64,000 nt of DNA from Methanobacteriota archaeon. Lineage in GTDB: Archaea; Thermoplasmatota; Thermoplasmata; SG8-5; JAGLSY01. A program made the position numbers and the translations under genes. Shown here piece by piece: positions 19,101-28,968 of this stretch. The notes beneath the pieces were generated by a model, which had not been told where the DNA came from, made no database searches, and saw nothing but the letters and a program-made list of their open reading frames with translations. Numbering within the stretch: position 1 is the first letter of the stretch; each line of letters starts with the position of its first letter. The stretch covers positions 224,001 to 288,000 of the forward strand of contig JAEHCO010000002.1 of assembly GCA_020697715.1 (NCBI GenBank), in the 5' to 3' direction.

Positions 19101-22100
19101 AGCCAATGCTGTACGAAGGGAACCTTGTGGTCACCACTGGCTTTGAAGGAGAGGTCTACACCTTCCAGGGATTGACACAGACCTATGTCGAGAACGATAC
19201 CGCGACATGGACGCACACTGGCTGGAATGAAGGCCGGTTCAAACAGATCACACTTCAGAACTTCCAGGATATGAACAGCCATATCGTGACAGAATCATTC
19301 TCCTTCACGACCGTGGATCCAACTCCGCCCACGGTCGAATGGATCCAGCCGCAGGACGGCCAGTTCTTCATACCCTATGATAGGACCGTGATAGTTCGCT
19401 TCAATGAATCAATGAACACATCACAAATTCCAACACTCACACAAACACAAGGTGATGTTGTCGCCTATACCTTTGCAGGCTGGAGCACAACAGATGTTGC
19501 GGACGACACCGCATCATGGACACATCCGAACTGGAGCGATGGAGACCAAATAACTCTGAATATCTCTGATTACAAGGATCTTTCCGATAATACTGGAGAT
19601 CCTTATGACTGGACATTTACAATTACTGACACAATAGACCCCTGGATCACATCCACATCACCTGCAGATGGAGATATGATGGTGCCGACTGGAACCACAC
19701 CTATTGTGATCGATTTCTCAGAGGATATGAACACTGCCCTGACACCAGTCATAAACTACCTGCAGTATGATTTCACCAACCCTGCCATCACCTTCTCGCA
19801 TTGGCAGACCGACAGCTCGGTCGTCTTCGATGTTGCGGCGCCTTTCACTGAGCAGGACCATATCTGGCTTGAGGTGTCTGGCGGAATGGAGGACCTTTAT
19901 GGAAAGGCTGTTCCCTCTTATAACTGGCAGTTCCACATAGAGGATTACACCAACCCAGGAATTAGCCACACCATGCCCTTCGACGGCGATTTCGGAATTC
20001 TTCCGGATACCATGTTGGAGGTATATTTCACAGAAAGATTGAACCATTCTGTTGAGCCAACTCTCACACAGACCCTTGATGATCCAGGAGGCTGGGCATT
20101 CGGCGGATTCGGCACATGGGAGACTGGTGAGCAAACCTGCAGCATGGCCTACTGGACCCACAATAACTGGACAAGCGAGGAGGTAGAGCTTACGGTTTCC
20201 GGATACCAGGACTTCTCTGACAACTCAGGAGCCCCGTACAATTGGACATTCAGCATCTTTACCGAGCCTATTGGTATGCCCCACCCTCCAATAAGGATCA
20301 ACAGCAATGCGGATATGGACATGATGGCCACAGCCGAGGGCTGGGACGGAGATGGTAGTGCTGGCTGGCCTTATATTATCGAGAACTATGATATAGCTGG
20401 CGACAGCTGGCCTTATGAAGGCTGGTGTATCTACATCGGCAATACGACCTATCATTTCGAAATTGTGAACAATCTGCTTCATTATGTCTGGACCCCCACC
20501 CCTGTAGAGCCCTGGGTTCCTAACTCGGCCATCGTCCTGTATAATGTTATCAATGGAGTGATCGGTGAGAACCAAATAGAGGATGTGTACTCTGATTACG
20601 GCATATATCTGGATACTGTCCAAGACACGGCCATCTACGGTAATTTCATAAACAAGACATTCAACAATGGCATCTTCATGACCAACTGCAACTTCCTGTA
20701 TATAGAGAACAATACGATAGAGGGCGACCCTGAGAACATCATGGGCACCGGCATCTATGCATTGGATTCTCCATTCAATCAGATGGTGGACAATAAGATC
20801 TACTATATGTCCAATGGTATCTTGCTGGAGAATTCCGGTGATGGAGAACTGCACTGGAACGAGATATTCATGTGTGAGTGGGGTATCACTCTGGACCCCA
20901 GCAGCGACACGGATTCTGACAATATATTGATAGAGAACAATACCATGCTTGGTTGTGGTCTCTTTGTGTGGGGCTGGGAAATTAGACATTGGGACAGCCA
21001 TACCGTTGTGAACAATATGGTGAATGGCGGAGAACTGGTCTACCTAATGGGTGAGTTCATGTACGACCTGCCTCCAGAAACAAGGGCAGGGCAGATATTC
21101 ATTGTAGATTCGCAGTTCATAAACATAGATTATCAAGTCTTCCAGCAGGCCACTGTGGGAATTCAGGCATTTAGTTCATCTGATATTACAATTAATAACT
21201 GTACATTCGTAGATAATATGTGGGGCATATTCTTGGGAGCGACACAGGTACTGGCATATCACAATACTTTCATTGGAAATGACGTTCATGTCAATGACGA
21301 CTGGGGTGCTAGTGATTGGGATAATGGCTATCCGATAAGTGGGAACTTCTGGGATGATTATATCGGCGTGGACAACTTTTGGGGACCAGACCAGAACATA
21401 CCTGGCTTCAGTGATGGTGTTGGAGATACTCAGTATGACTTCTTTGATGGAGCTGGTGGTACCGACAATTATCCTCTGATGGATCCACTCAACTACACTA
21501 CCTTTGATATTCCTATGGACGAGGGATGGAATTTCATCTCACTTCCTCTATTGCCTGCAGACTTCCTTTACTACACCAACACAACAATAGACAATGTATT
21601 GGAATCTCTAAATTACAATTGGGATATGATAATGGTCTATGATCCAATGAGTCCTGGCAGCCCATGGAGAACATTCAATAGCGACATACCAGATCAATTG
21701 AACGACCTGTGGAACCTGACCCATATCCAGGGCATCTGGATAAATGTGACACAGACTGGCCAGACCCTGTCGATATCAGGATATATGTCAGCTTACATAG
21801 ATATAGATCTATATGCAGGCTGGAATCTTATTGGATATCCCGCGATAGATGATACTACCTACTCTATCGGTGATATGAAGCTTGATACTGGTGCGACCAT
21901 TGTGGAAGGCTTCAATGCCTCAGCACCCTATGATATCAGTGTGCTGGCTGATGCTTATATCATGAAGAAGGGTGAGGCCTACTGGGTCTATGTTCCTGCT
22001 GATACGACATGGACCGTGAACATATTGGGCCATGTGACACCTCCAGATGACCTTCTGAGTGAAAGAACTGAATATATTCGGGATCATCCAGATCAAATAT

Positions 22101-22258
22101 CAGACACTATGGGAAATGAGGATGGCATTCCTTTGGATGTAGGTAATGACTTGATATTAGTTACAAAGGCAATTACCATACCAGTTGCTCTGCTATCACT
22201 TATTGTGTTCATGTTTGTTCTTCTTACGAGAAGAAGAACAACTGGCCGTAAGCAATGA
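16136..22258 (+). CDS. Giant secreted/surface protein: NosD/CASH-like beta-helices with Gly-rich inserts, about 8 Big_5-like Ig repeats, a GWNLIGYP-type domain and a C-terminal TM anchor
   Basis: Signal peptide; two 'H..IRINS...GW.GDGS...PY.I..Y.I' modules; two 'WDNGYP..GN.W.DY.GVD...D..GDT' modules; repeated 'P.DG...V....V.FSE.M' units; TM plus RRR tail. The start may be 16157. Confidence 0.8.
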   Translation: MQLMRIKMKIKGISIILVMIMITSTIVIGADVEDDTLYVPHGAIRINSDGEFAIQAGINGWPGDGSEGAPYVIFDYEITGVGPGIYIGNTSVHFIIDSNYIHSITGTSGMELFNVENGIVLNNIIDGVTAPNSAVPGGDGGTASGIFIDAGIGLTIANNSIANITGGNGGDGSHGSGGAPPTDGSPGGDGGGSFGIYVYDSPFGTIANNDISLLLAGNGGLGGNGGEGDYESGSDGAFGGDGGMGGAAAGIFLATSEQEVTGNQIAQLAAADGGSGGAGGTGAGTMFGTPGNGGFGGYAGDGGLAAGILISNQPSTLQNNYLDLNTISQINGGDGGWGGPGGDGGTKDFGTGGNGGDGGWGGNAGEAAGSYCEIATGIIYDDNDIHDIFAGSIGFAGTGGFGGGMIAGLDGSNGQDGWPAIPAGIKMVSVGNTEITRNHIHDIVGYYVHLDTVDNSFIYYNSFINCANGEYETHFNPSNNQWDNGYPNGGNYWFDYGGVDFFEGVNQDILGEDGFGDTPRAINEDFAVAQDRYPLIWDPAGTANIDVLETVPADEEVGVVEDTMIQVTFDPRINSIPTLTQTSGTPVTYTFAGLITVYQTDDTATWTHPDWVSGEDITLEVNNIRSYPVAEYALPYSWSFTVGDTKAPTVLSTTPADGSTGAGLTDSVVAVFNETLNTLVTPALAQLVGDDPGYTFTGFSTTNVPDDTLTWTHPAWTDEDAVTLEISLTEDMAGNAMTPYSWSFDTEDITDPNVLSTIPVIAATSVPKGQNVVVVFTETMDTGAIPFITMDAGTNPGGWTFLGWSTTNVADDTATWSHNDWLDGEMISMRVQSYRDLEMNWGPPVNWAFWIEDTVSPDVDNTSPADGATDVFETFNNVNIYFSESMNGSITPTLTQITGDVVGYTFLGWFTTYVENDTAAWNHAAQWSSNDLITLNVTGQKDLAGNTGAPYEWSFTIRDYDDPYILETTPPDGATGVALDTTIVVVFSEPMLYEGNLVVTTGFEGEVYTFQGLTQTYVENDTATWTHTGWNEGRFKQITLQNFQDMNSHIVTESFSFTTVDPTPPTVEWIQPQDGQFFIPYDRTVIVRFNESMNTSQIPTLTQTQGDVVAYTFAGWSTTDVADDTASWTHPNWSDGDQITLNISDYKDLSDNTGDPYDWTFTITDTIDPWITSTSPADGDMMVPTGTTPIVIDFSEDMNTALTPVINYLQYDFTNPAITFSHWQTDSSVVFDVAAPFTEQDHIWLEVSGGMEDLYGKAVPSYNWQFHIEDYTNPGISHTMPFDGDFGILPDTMLEVYFTERLNHSVEPTLTQTLDDPGGWAFGGFGTWETGEQTCSMAYWTHNNWTSEEVELTVSGYQDFSDNSGAPYNWTFSIFTEPIGMPHPPIRINSNADMDMMATAEGWDGDGSAGWPYIIENYDIAGDSWPYEGWCIYIGNTTYHFEIVNNLLHYVWTPTPVEPWVPNSAIVLYNVINGVIGENQIEDVYSDYGIYLDTVQDTAIYGNFINKTFNNGIFMTNCNFLYIENNTIEGDPENIMGTGIYALDSPFNQMVDNKIYYMSNGILLENSGDGELHWNEIFMCEWGITLDPSSDTDSDNILIENNTMLGCGLFVWGWEIRHWDSHTVVNNMVNGGELVYLMGEFMYDLPPETRAGQIFIVDSQFINIDYQVFQQATVGIQAFSSSDITINNCTFVDNMWGIFLGATQVLAYHNTFIGNDVHVNDDWGASDWDNGYPISGNFWDDYIGVDNFWGPDQNIPGFSDGVGDTQYDFFDGAGGTDNYPLMDPLNYTTFDIPMDEGWNFISLPLLPADFLYYTNTTIDNVLESLNYNWDMIMVYDPMSPGSPWRTFNSDIPDQLNDLWNLTHIQGIWINVTQTGQTLSISGYMSAYIDIDLYAGWNLIGYPAIDDTTYSIGDMKLDTGATIVEGFNASAPYDISVLADAYIMKKGEAYWVYVPADTTWTVNILGHVTPPDDLLSERTEYIRDHPDQISDTMGNEDGIPLDVGNDLILVTKAITIPVALLSLIVFMFVLLTRRRTTGRKQ

Positions 22259-22442
22259 TCTGCCAGATGTCTGATATATAGCTCAAGTAAAGCACTGTGT
22301 CCAGCAATGTCCAATCAAGTCACATCTCAAGGCTCAGCAATGCACGTACCAAAATTATTTTAATGACCCTGGATTTTACCCTGAAAGAGCATTGTTTTAG
22401 AGTTTCCAGCTCCAAAAACCAGGAAACTATGGAGGTATATGC

Positions 22443-23141
22443 ATGGTTTCGGAAAAAGGAATTGAACATATTCAGGATGAGGAATACGCGACAGTTGATA
22501 ACATCCAGGCCAAGTCCGAAGAGTGGATGATCGAACTGGAAAGATATTGCAGGGCGAAGAAGAGATTCGCCCTGGATCCAGCCACCTCGGTCCTTCTAGT
22601 GATAGATTGCCAGTCCTTCTTTATGGATGAGAAAAGTCATGCCTTTGTTCCGACCTCTAAGGCAATTTTGCCTAATATCTCTCAACTCATCAGGACAGCC
22701 AGGCAGAACAACATACCGGTGATATACACCCGGCATGCTCTCGCGGATGATGACCATGCTGGCATAATGAGCCGCTGGTGGGGGGACGTGCTCAGGGACA
22801 CAGATCCGATGAGTCAGATACATCCCGACCTTAGGCCTTCCGATATCGAGATAGTTATCAGGAAGACAAGATACAGTGCCTTCAAAGTAACGGCGCTGGC
22901 ATCCGTGCTGGCCGGCATGGGTCTGGAGTCGATGATCGTTGCTGGTGTTCAGACCCATCTCTGTGTGGAGAGCACTGCCAGAGATGCCTTCATGCACAAT
23001 CTGGAAGTGTATGCGGTCATTGATGCGACCGCATCCGACACAGAGGAACTGCACTTGTCAGCTCTTCGAACAATGGCAGATGGCTTCGCTGTGCCAGTGA
23101 CAACGTCCGAGATCATAGGGAAGTTGGAGGGCGATGAATGA
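22443..23141 (+). CDS. Isochorismatase-family cysteine hydrolase
   Basis: Asp-Lys-Cys triad motifs LLVIDCQ, IRKTRYSAF, GVQTHLCVESTARDA. Confidence 0.88.
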   Translation: MVSEKGIEHIQDEEYATVDNIQAKSEEWMIELERYCRAKKRFALDPATSVLLVIDCQSFFMDEKSHAFVPTSKAILPNISQLIRTARQNNIPVIYTRHALADDDHAGIMSRWWGDVLRDTDPMSQIHPDLRPSDIEIVIRKTRYSAFKVTALASVLAGMGLESMIVAGVQTHLCVESTARDAFMHNLEVYAVIDATASDTEELHLSALRTMADGFAVPVTTSEIIGKLEGDE

Positions 23142-24028
23142 GCTCGGATGATAACGTATTAGACGCCATCATAGTTGGTGCTGGCCCGGCAGGAATATCT
23201 GCCGCGGTATATCTAAAACGCGCTGGTATTAACTTCAAGATATTCGAAAGAAAGCGAACAGGTGGACTTCTTCACAATGCCCACCTTGTCGAGAACTATC
23301 CAGGCTTTGATGGTCTGCCAGGCAAGAGATTGGTGGAAGAGATGGAAGGCCAGCTTGCCAAATGGGACATCCTGGTGGAACTGGCGGAGGTGACCAGCAT
23401 CGCATCCAGTGATCCTGGTTTTCGAATTAGTTTGCTGGATCCCGAACCTAAGGAGATGGAAGCTCGCACGGTCATTATTGCCACTGGCACAAGACCTATC
23501 AAATTAGACCTCGATGGCTCAGATATCATCGAGGGGAAGCATCTCTTCTATGAAATTACCGATATGCCTGATAATATTTCCAGAAAGGAAGTGGTGATCA
23601 TTGGAGGCGGTGACGCGGCCTTCGACTATGCTTTAAATATCTCGAAGAGGGGAGCCAGTGCTCGGATCGCGATGAGATCCGACAGGACTAGATGCCTGCC
23701 CTTGCTCTATGAAAGGGCAGAGAATGATCCACATATTCAGATATATCCAGATTGCAGCCCGGCCTCCTTCGAGATCCAAGGAGACCGTTTGGTGCTCGGA
23801 TGCCCTCACATGCAGATAAAAGCTGATATCATGCTGGTCGCCATTGGAAGGCGGCCATCGGATGAGCTTATCGTGCCCTTGCAGCGCGATACGGGCGCGA
23901 ACACACTCCCAGGTCTCTACATGGCAGGGGATGTACAACAGGGCAGTTATCGCCAAATGGGCATAGCTGTCGGGGATGGTATCAAGTCCGCGATGGGCGT
24001 CATTGAATTTCTGGAGGAAATTCAATGA
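23138..24028 (+). CDS. Thioredoxin-reductase-like NAD(P)/FAD oxidoreductase lacking the CxxC motif
   Basis: IVGAGPAGISAA, VENYPG, IIATG, IIGGGDAA and GLYMAGD motifs. Overlaps both neighbouring genes by ATGA. Confidence 0.85.
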   Translation: MSSDDNVLDAIIVGAGPAGISAAVYLKRAGINFKIFERKRTGGLLHNAHLVENYPGFDGLPGKRLVEEMEGQLAKWDILVELAEVTSIASSDPGFRISLLDPEPKEMEARTVIIATGTRPIKLDLDGSDIIEGKHLFYEITDMPDNISRKEVVIIGGGDAAFDYALNISKRGASARIAMRSDRTRCLPLLYERAENDPHIQIYPDCSPASFEIQGDRLVLGCPHMQIKADIMLVAIGRRPSDELIVPLQRDTGANTLPGLYMAGDVQQGSYRQMGIAVGDGIKSAMGVIEFLEEIQ

Positions 24029-24954
24029 AAATAATATCCGAGCACGGCAATGAGGAACTGGCCAAGGTGTATATTGCGAGATTCCGCGAGGACGAGGATA
24101 CCACGGGTTCAAATGTGAAGGACCCGTATCTTGTTGAATTCGCAGAGTCCATCCAGCCACCAGTTCCAAGGGAGGAGAAATGGGTGATAATAATTTCTTC
24201 GCTTTTCGGATGCCCTGTCAGATGCAGGATGTGCGACGCAGGTGGCAATTACAGCGGTAAACTGGAGGCGGAGGAAATGCTAGCCCAAATGGATTATCTC
24301 ATCAAAACACGATTTCCGGATGGTAAGGTTCCAGTTCCGAAGTTCAAAGTTCAATTTGCCCGAATGGGCGAGCCAGCACTGAATAATAATGTGCTCCAAA
24401 CCCTCAGAATGATGCCGGAGCGTTTGGAAGCTCCGGGACTTTTGCCATGTGTTTCCAGTGTGGCGCCTGCGGGTGCCTGGCCTTTCTTCGAAGAACTTCT
24501 CGAGATCAAGGACGAGCTTTATCCTGACGGAAAATTCCAACTACAATTCTCCATCCACACGACCGATGACGAGAAACGCGACGAGCTAATGCCGATAAAC
24601 AAGATGACCCTGGAACAGATATCGGACTTCGGGCAAAGGTTCTGCAAAGAGGGGGATCGCAAAGTGACACTTAACTTCGCGATGGCCAGAGGCTATCCCG
24701 TCAACCCGATGAAGTTGGCGGATATATTCCCGACAGACAAGTTCCTGATCAAGCTGACGCCCATCAACCCGACGAACAATTCCAAGGCCAATCAACTGAA
24801 AAGTCTGATAGATGAAGAATATCATTCTCAACAAGAAGATCTAAAGAAATTGATCGCAGACCTCGAATCATTGGGCTTCGAGGTTGTGCTGAGCATCGGA
24901 GAGGTCGAAGAAAATCAGATCAAAAGTAATTGTGGGATGTACATTTCGCATTGA
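24025..24954 (+). CDS. RlmN/Cfr-like radical SAM protein (atypical)
   Basis: ISSLFGCPVRCRMC (CxxxCxxC), RMGEP, LQFSIH...RDELMP, C-terminal SNCG. Confidence 0.8.
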   Translation: MKIISEHGNEELAKVYIARFREDEDTTGSNVKDPYLVEFAESIQPPVPREEKWVIIISSLFGCPVRCRMCDAGGNYSGKLEAEEMLAQMDYLIKTRFPDGKVPVPKFKVQFARMGEPALNNNVLQTLRMMPERLEAPGLLPCVSSVAPAGAWPFFEELLEIKDELYPDGKFQLQFSIHTTDDEKRDELMPINKMTLEQISDFGQRFCKEGDRKVTLNFAMARGYPVNPMKLADIFPTDKFLIKLTPINPTNNSKANQLKSLIDEEYHSQQEDLKKLIADLESLGFEVVLSIGEVEENQIKSNCGMYISH

Positions 24955-25018
24955 GTTGATAAGATCATATTTTGTATGGCTCATTAAAGAAAGTGTTCGG
25001 GTCGTGGGTAAATTATAA

Positions 25019-25801
25019 TTACAATTTGATGTCCCATTTCTTCCCACTGGCCTTGGCCTTCGCATCATTCTCCTTTATCTCATGCTGTATCTCTTCAGGC
25101 AATGACTTGGGAATGATGTTCGTATATACTTCGTAGTAAATTATCAATGTGATCGGAGTTGCCAGAAGTAGCGAATACCAAATAACATCATAATAGAACC
25201 AAGGGAACATCATCGCATTGAAGATCATATGCGGGGCCAGACCCCACAGGATACCTCTCATCCCCTCATTCTTGGCTGTGCTGACACCGAGCACCGCTCC
25301 CACCGATGCGTGTATCAATGCTGTATTTAGTGATAGTAATGCTAAAGAAGAAAGGATGGCCGCGCTTCCGGCTCCACCCTCAACAGTTAGCTGGATATAA
25401 CTGAAGCCAACTATCCAGGTTGCGGATATCCCCGCGCCCAATGACACACCATAGAATTGAGAATCTATCCTTCCCTGTATGCTGGGGAAGTTCAATATCA
25501 CAAACTTAGAAAGCGTGTGGACAAGTCCCAGTGCTACTACATAGAATATAAAGAACAAGGTCGGGCTAAAACCGATATCACCATTATCGCCAACTACCTT
25601 GAAGAGCGGGTAAACCAGCCTTTCCATCATGAGAAGGATGGTTCCAGCCACCATTCCCAGGGCAAGAAGGAAAAACACCCTGCGGTCATCAAAGCAGGTT
25701 CCTTTCACATAGGGGTGGTCGTACTTCCTGAGACTGAACCATACCACGCCAAGGGCCGGAGCGAATCCTATAATTGATACCAGAAACAATAGGCTGTCCA
25801 T
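25019..25801 (-). CDS. PrsW-like multi-pass membrane protein with degenerate catalytic motifs
   Basis: About 8 hydrophobic helices; 'IDSQFYGVSLGAG', 'LIHAS', 'PHMIFN' resemble PrsW, but the EExxK position reads HTLSK. Start taken at MDSLLF. Confidence 0.55.
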   Translation of the reverse strand: MDSLLFLVSIIGFAPALGVVWFSLRKYDHPYVKGTCFDDRRVFFLLALGMVAGTILLMMERLVYPLFKVVGDNGDIGFSPTLFFIFYVVALGLVHTLSKFVILNFPSIQGRIDSQFYGVSLGAGISATWIVGFSYIQLTVEGGAGSAAILSSLALLSLNTALIHASVGAVLGVSTAKNEGMRGILWGLAPHMIFNAMMFPWFYYDVIWYSLLLATPITLIIYYEVYTNIIPKSLPEEIQHEIKENDAKAKASGKKWDIKL

Positions 25802-25907
25802 CTGATCGGTTGTAGAATTGGTGGTATAAAAAGATATGTTCATTATGATATAGTCTAGCTTATAGCCTATACATGGGAATTTTCAGATCATTTAGGGACA
25901 GATAGTT

Positions 25908-28900
25908 CTAAACCAGAGATTCATCGCAGATCGGACATATGATATCAGAAGATCCGACTATGGCACCGCAAGCGGGACATTCCTTCTTTTCTTCTTCGAC
26001 AGTTCCAACCATTGCACCACACAGGAAACATTCTGTGGAATCAGCATCAAGACTTGCTCCACATTCGGAGCAATCCACATGTTCTTCCTCGGATGGCTCT
26101 TCCGTGACAACTGAATCCTCAATATCTATATCGGGTTCAGCCTCTATCATTGGAACTTCAACACCATTCTCTTGTGGTATGTCTGCCCCGTCGAATAATG
26201 TGTCACACACTGGACATTCTCCTGCATCCAAGTCCACGAATATACCGCATCCTGGACATTTCTTGTGATCTTCATGCTCGGTTGGAAGCTCGGCTCCAAG
26301 ATCATCCTCTTCTGGAATATCCGTATCTGGTGAAGCCAATTCCGGTTCTGCTATCTCTTCTGTATCTGGCTCGGCTTCTATTTGCGTATCAATGGGAGTA
26401 ATGACCTCTCCGCAAAGGAAACATTCTGTTGAACCCGCTTCGAGGGATGCACCACAGCTTCCACAATCGACATGTTCTTCTTCTACGGCCACAGCTGTGG
26501 TCTCCACGATGGTCTCGGCTTCCAGAGCTTCTGTTTCCACTGGTTCTTCGATCTCTGTCTCTATGGATTCAGGCTCTGCCTCCAAAGTCTCTGTTTCCAC
26601 AGGTTCTATTTCAGCATCGACCTCTTCTGCCTCAGGTTCGGTCTCTATCGGATCATCGGTCTCAAATGGAGCTGCCAGATCATCCTCGGTAAGAGCTTCT
26701 TCGATAGTAGCTGGAGTTTCTTCTTCCATCAGTGGTTCTTCAATAATTGGTTCAGTGCTGATAGCTTCTGCCTCGTCTAGATCATTCAAATTAAGATCAT
26801 CTTCAATTTCCTCTTCAGGTAATTCAAGCTCAGAAACCTCTTCAATTTCAGGTTCATCAAGAACAGGTTCATCCTCCACTTCCTCGGGTATGTCCAATCC
26901 TAGATCTTCCTCTATGACATCGAGATCATCTGCCTCTGATATCTCTAAATGTGTTTCCTCAAAGACTTCCTCTTCGAGAATTTCCTCCTCATCGACCTCA
27001 TCAGCAAGGATCTGTTCAGATAATGCCTCTATATCGGCATCTTCAGGCATGGCGGAATCATCGATCAACTCGTCTTCTTCTCCATACTCTTTCTCTTCTT
27101 CTTCAATAAGAGTTAGGTTGCAGTTTATACAGTTGGTCATATCTTCTGAGACCTCGACACTGCACTGAGGACATTCTATGAGTTCCTGGCCGATCCTGTA
27201 TGATATGAACCAGAATGCGAATCCAATCAATACCAATACCCATCCTGCAAGGCTGGCAACAACATCAAATGGCGGAGCACTTCCTCCTACTGACTGACTT
27301 TCCACGCTTATTCCTCTAAGCCATACTGAAAATGAAGTAAAGAATATTCCTATGAATATGGTAATGATACCTCTGTAGAACCATGTGTCCTCATTGACCT
27401 TTCTAGGTGTACGATCAAGCCCAATGACCTTCTCCCCACAACTGGGGCAGATATGTGCTGTTGGCTGTACAAGGGTTTCGAGCCCATCCCATTCTTTCTC
27501 TGGCTCTATCTCCTCGGCTATTTCAATGCCATACTCGACACCACATATTGGACAATGTTCTTCATCATCTGGACCAAAATGAGCTCCACAGACAAGACAT
27601 TCCTTGTCATCTTCGTCTTCCTGATCGAGAATGGACATTTCTTTTTCCAATTCTTCTGTGACTCCAGCATCATCTATATCTATGTCCATGAGAGCATCTA
27701 CCTCTGGTATGGCCTCATAACTCACTTCTTCCGTGGTCTCTTTTATAAGTTCGACCACTGCGAAACAATTTGGACATGTGTCTGTATCAACTGGCAGGGG
27801 GCAATCGCATGATCCACATTTAATATATAATGATAGGTCCGCCCAGCATTCGGTACATTTCTCAACGTCTCTCTTGATCGTGCTTGAACATGATGGGCAC
27901 TTCATCTCATCATCTGCGAGTTGCGGAACCTCTTCTTCTATTATGCCATCAACCACATCTTCCATCTCTTCACTAAGATCTTCTGGCGTGGATGTTTCAA
28001 GTGGAGGTAGATCATCATCTTCTGGAGTGAGAACCTCTATGGTCTCCTCTTCTGTGATGATGGTCTCTTCAATGACCTCAGTCTCGTCAGTGACACCCTC
28101 TAGTTCCTCTTCAGATATTGCATCTTCAATTGGCTGAGCTCCATCTGCAATGACCACTGTGCCACAAAGGAAACAATCCTTCGCATCAGCGTCAAGCGAG
28201 GCTCCACAGTCATGACATTCGATGTGAGCTTCCTCTGTTTGTTCTGCAATGGTCTCAGTTTCCATGACTTCGGCCTCTACAGGTTCTTCCACCTCTGCCT
28301 CTACTGGCTCTGCTTCCACAGTTTCTTCTACATCGGCCATTTCTTCTTCAATAGGAGATCCATCTGGTTCCATCTCGGGTTCAGCTTCTGGAACTTCCTC
28401 TTCAGAGATATCTGCATCAGGCGACATATCTTCGTCACCTGGCTCTTCCACGGTCTCTGTTATTTTCTCTGTTGAAATTGAAGCTGTTTTGATGATGGAA
28501 GCACCGCATAGGAAGCATTCATCAGAGCCATTATCTTGTAGAGCACCACATTCCGGGCACTCATTATGAACTTCTTGCTCTGCTTCAACCTCTTCTGATG
28601 GTTCTTCATCAATTGTATCTGGAGTAATTATTGGTATGGCCGCACCGCATAGGAAGCATTCATCACCACCATTCTCCTGTAGAGCACCACATTCTGGGCA
28701 CTCGCTGTGAGCTTCTTCTTCTATTTCGGGAGCAATATCTACTTTGAGATCAACTACTTCACCGCAAACAGGGCAGTTATCTGAATCAATTGCTATCTGT
28801 GCGCCACATTCTGGGCAGTCTGCTTCAGCCTCTGGTTCAATAACAGCTTGAGGTGCATTGAACTCTTCCTCTATCTGCGCACCACAGATCGAGCACGATG

Positions 28901-28964
28901 TGTCATGCTGGTCAACAAAAGCTCCGCATGCTGGACATACCTTTGATTCTATTTCTTCAGCCAT
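25908..28964 (-). CDS. Very acidic membrane protein with about 13 zinc ribbons around a 2-TM hairpin
   Basis: 13 CxxC-x10/11-CxxC pairs plus one lone CPSCG, Glu/Asp-rich linkers, two hydrophobic helices. Confidence 0.8.
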   Translation of the reverse strand: MAEEIESKVCPACGAFVDQHDTSCSICGAQIEEEFNAPQAVIEPEAEADCPECGAQIAIDSDNCPVCGEVVDLKVDIAPEIEEEAHSECPECGALQENGGDECFLCGAAIPIITPDTIDEEPSEEVEAEQEVHNECPECGALQDNGSDECFLCGASIIKTASISTEKITETVEEPGDEDMSPDADISEEEVPEAEPEMEPDGSPIEEEMADVEETVEAEPVEAEVEEPVEAEVMETETIAEQTEEAHIECHDCGASLDADAKDCFLCGTVVIADGAQPIEDAISEEELEGVTDETEVIEETIITEEETIEVLTPEDDDLPPLETSTPEDLSEEMEDVVDGIIEEEVPQLADDEMKCPSCSSTIKRDVEKCTECWADLSLYIKCGSCDCPLPVDTDTCPNCFAVVELIKETTEEVSYEAIPEVDALMDIDIDDAGVTEELEKEMSILDQEDEDDKECLVCGAHFGPDDEEHCPICGVEYGIEIAEEIEPEKEWDGLETLVQPTAHICPSCGEKVIGLDRTPRKVNEDTWFYRGIITIFIGIFFTSFSVWLRGISVESQSVGGSAPPFDVVASLAGWVLVLIGFAFWFISYRIGQELIECPQCSVEVSEDMTNCINCNLTLIEEEEKEYGEEDELIDDSAMPEDADIEALSEQILADEVDEEEILEEEVFEETHLEISEADDLDVIEEDLGLDIPEEVEDEPVLDEPEIEEVSELELPEEEIEDDLNLNDLDEAEAISTEPIIEEPLMEEETPATIEEALTEDDLAAPFETDDPIETEPEAEEVDAEIEPVETETLEAEPESIETEIEEPVETEALEAETIVETTAVAVEEEHVDCGSCGASLEAGSTECFLCGEVITPIDTQIEAEPDTEEIAEPELASPDTDIPEEDDLGAELPTEHEDHKKCPGCGIFVDLDAGECPVCDTLFDGADIPQENGVEVPMIEAEPDIDIEDSVVTEEPSEEEHVDCSECGASLDADSTECFLCGAMVGTVEEEKKECPACGAIVGSSDIICPICDESLV

Positions 28965-28968
28965 GCGA

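Noticed and set aside
26392-28569. Long Ser-rich plus-strand ORFs
   Set aside because: Antisense shadows of the Glu-rich gene (GAA/GAG codons read as Ser/Phe/Leu). The same applies to most short overlapping ORFs in the track.
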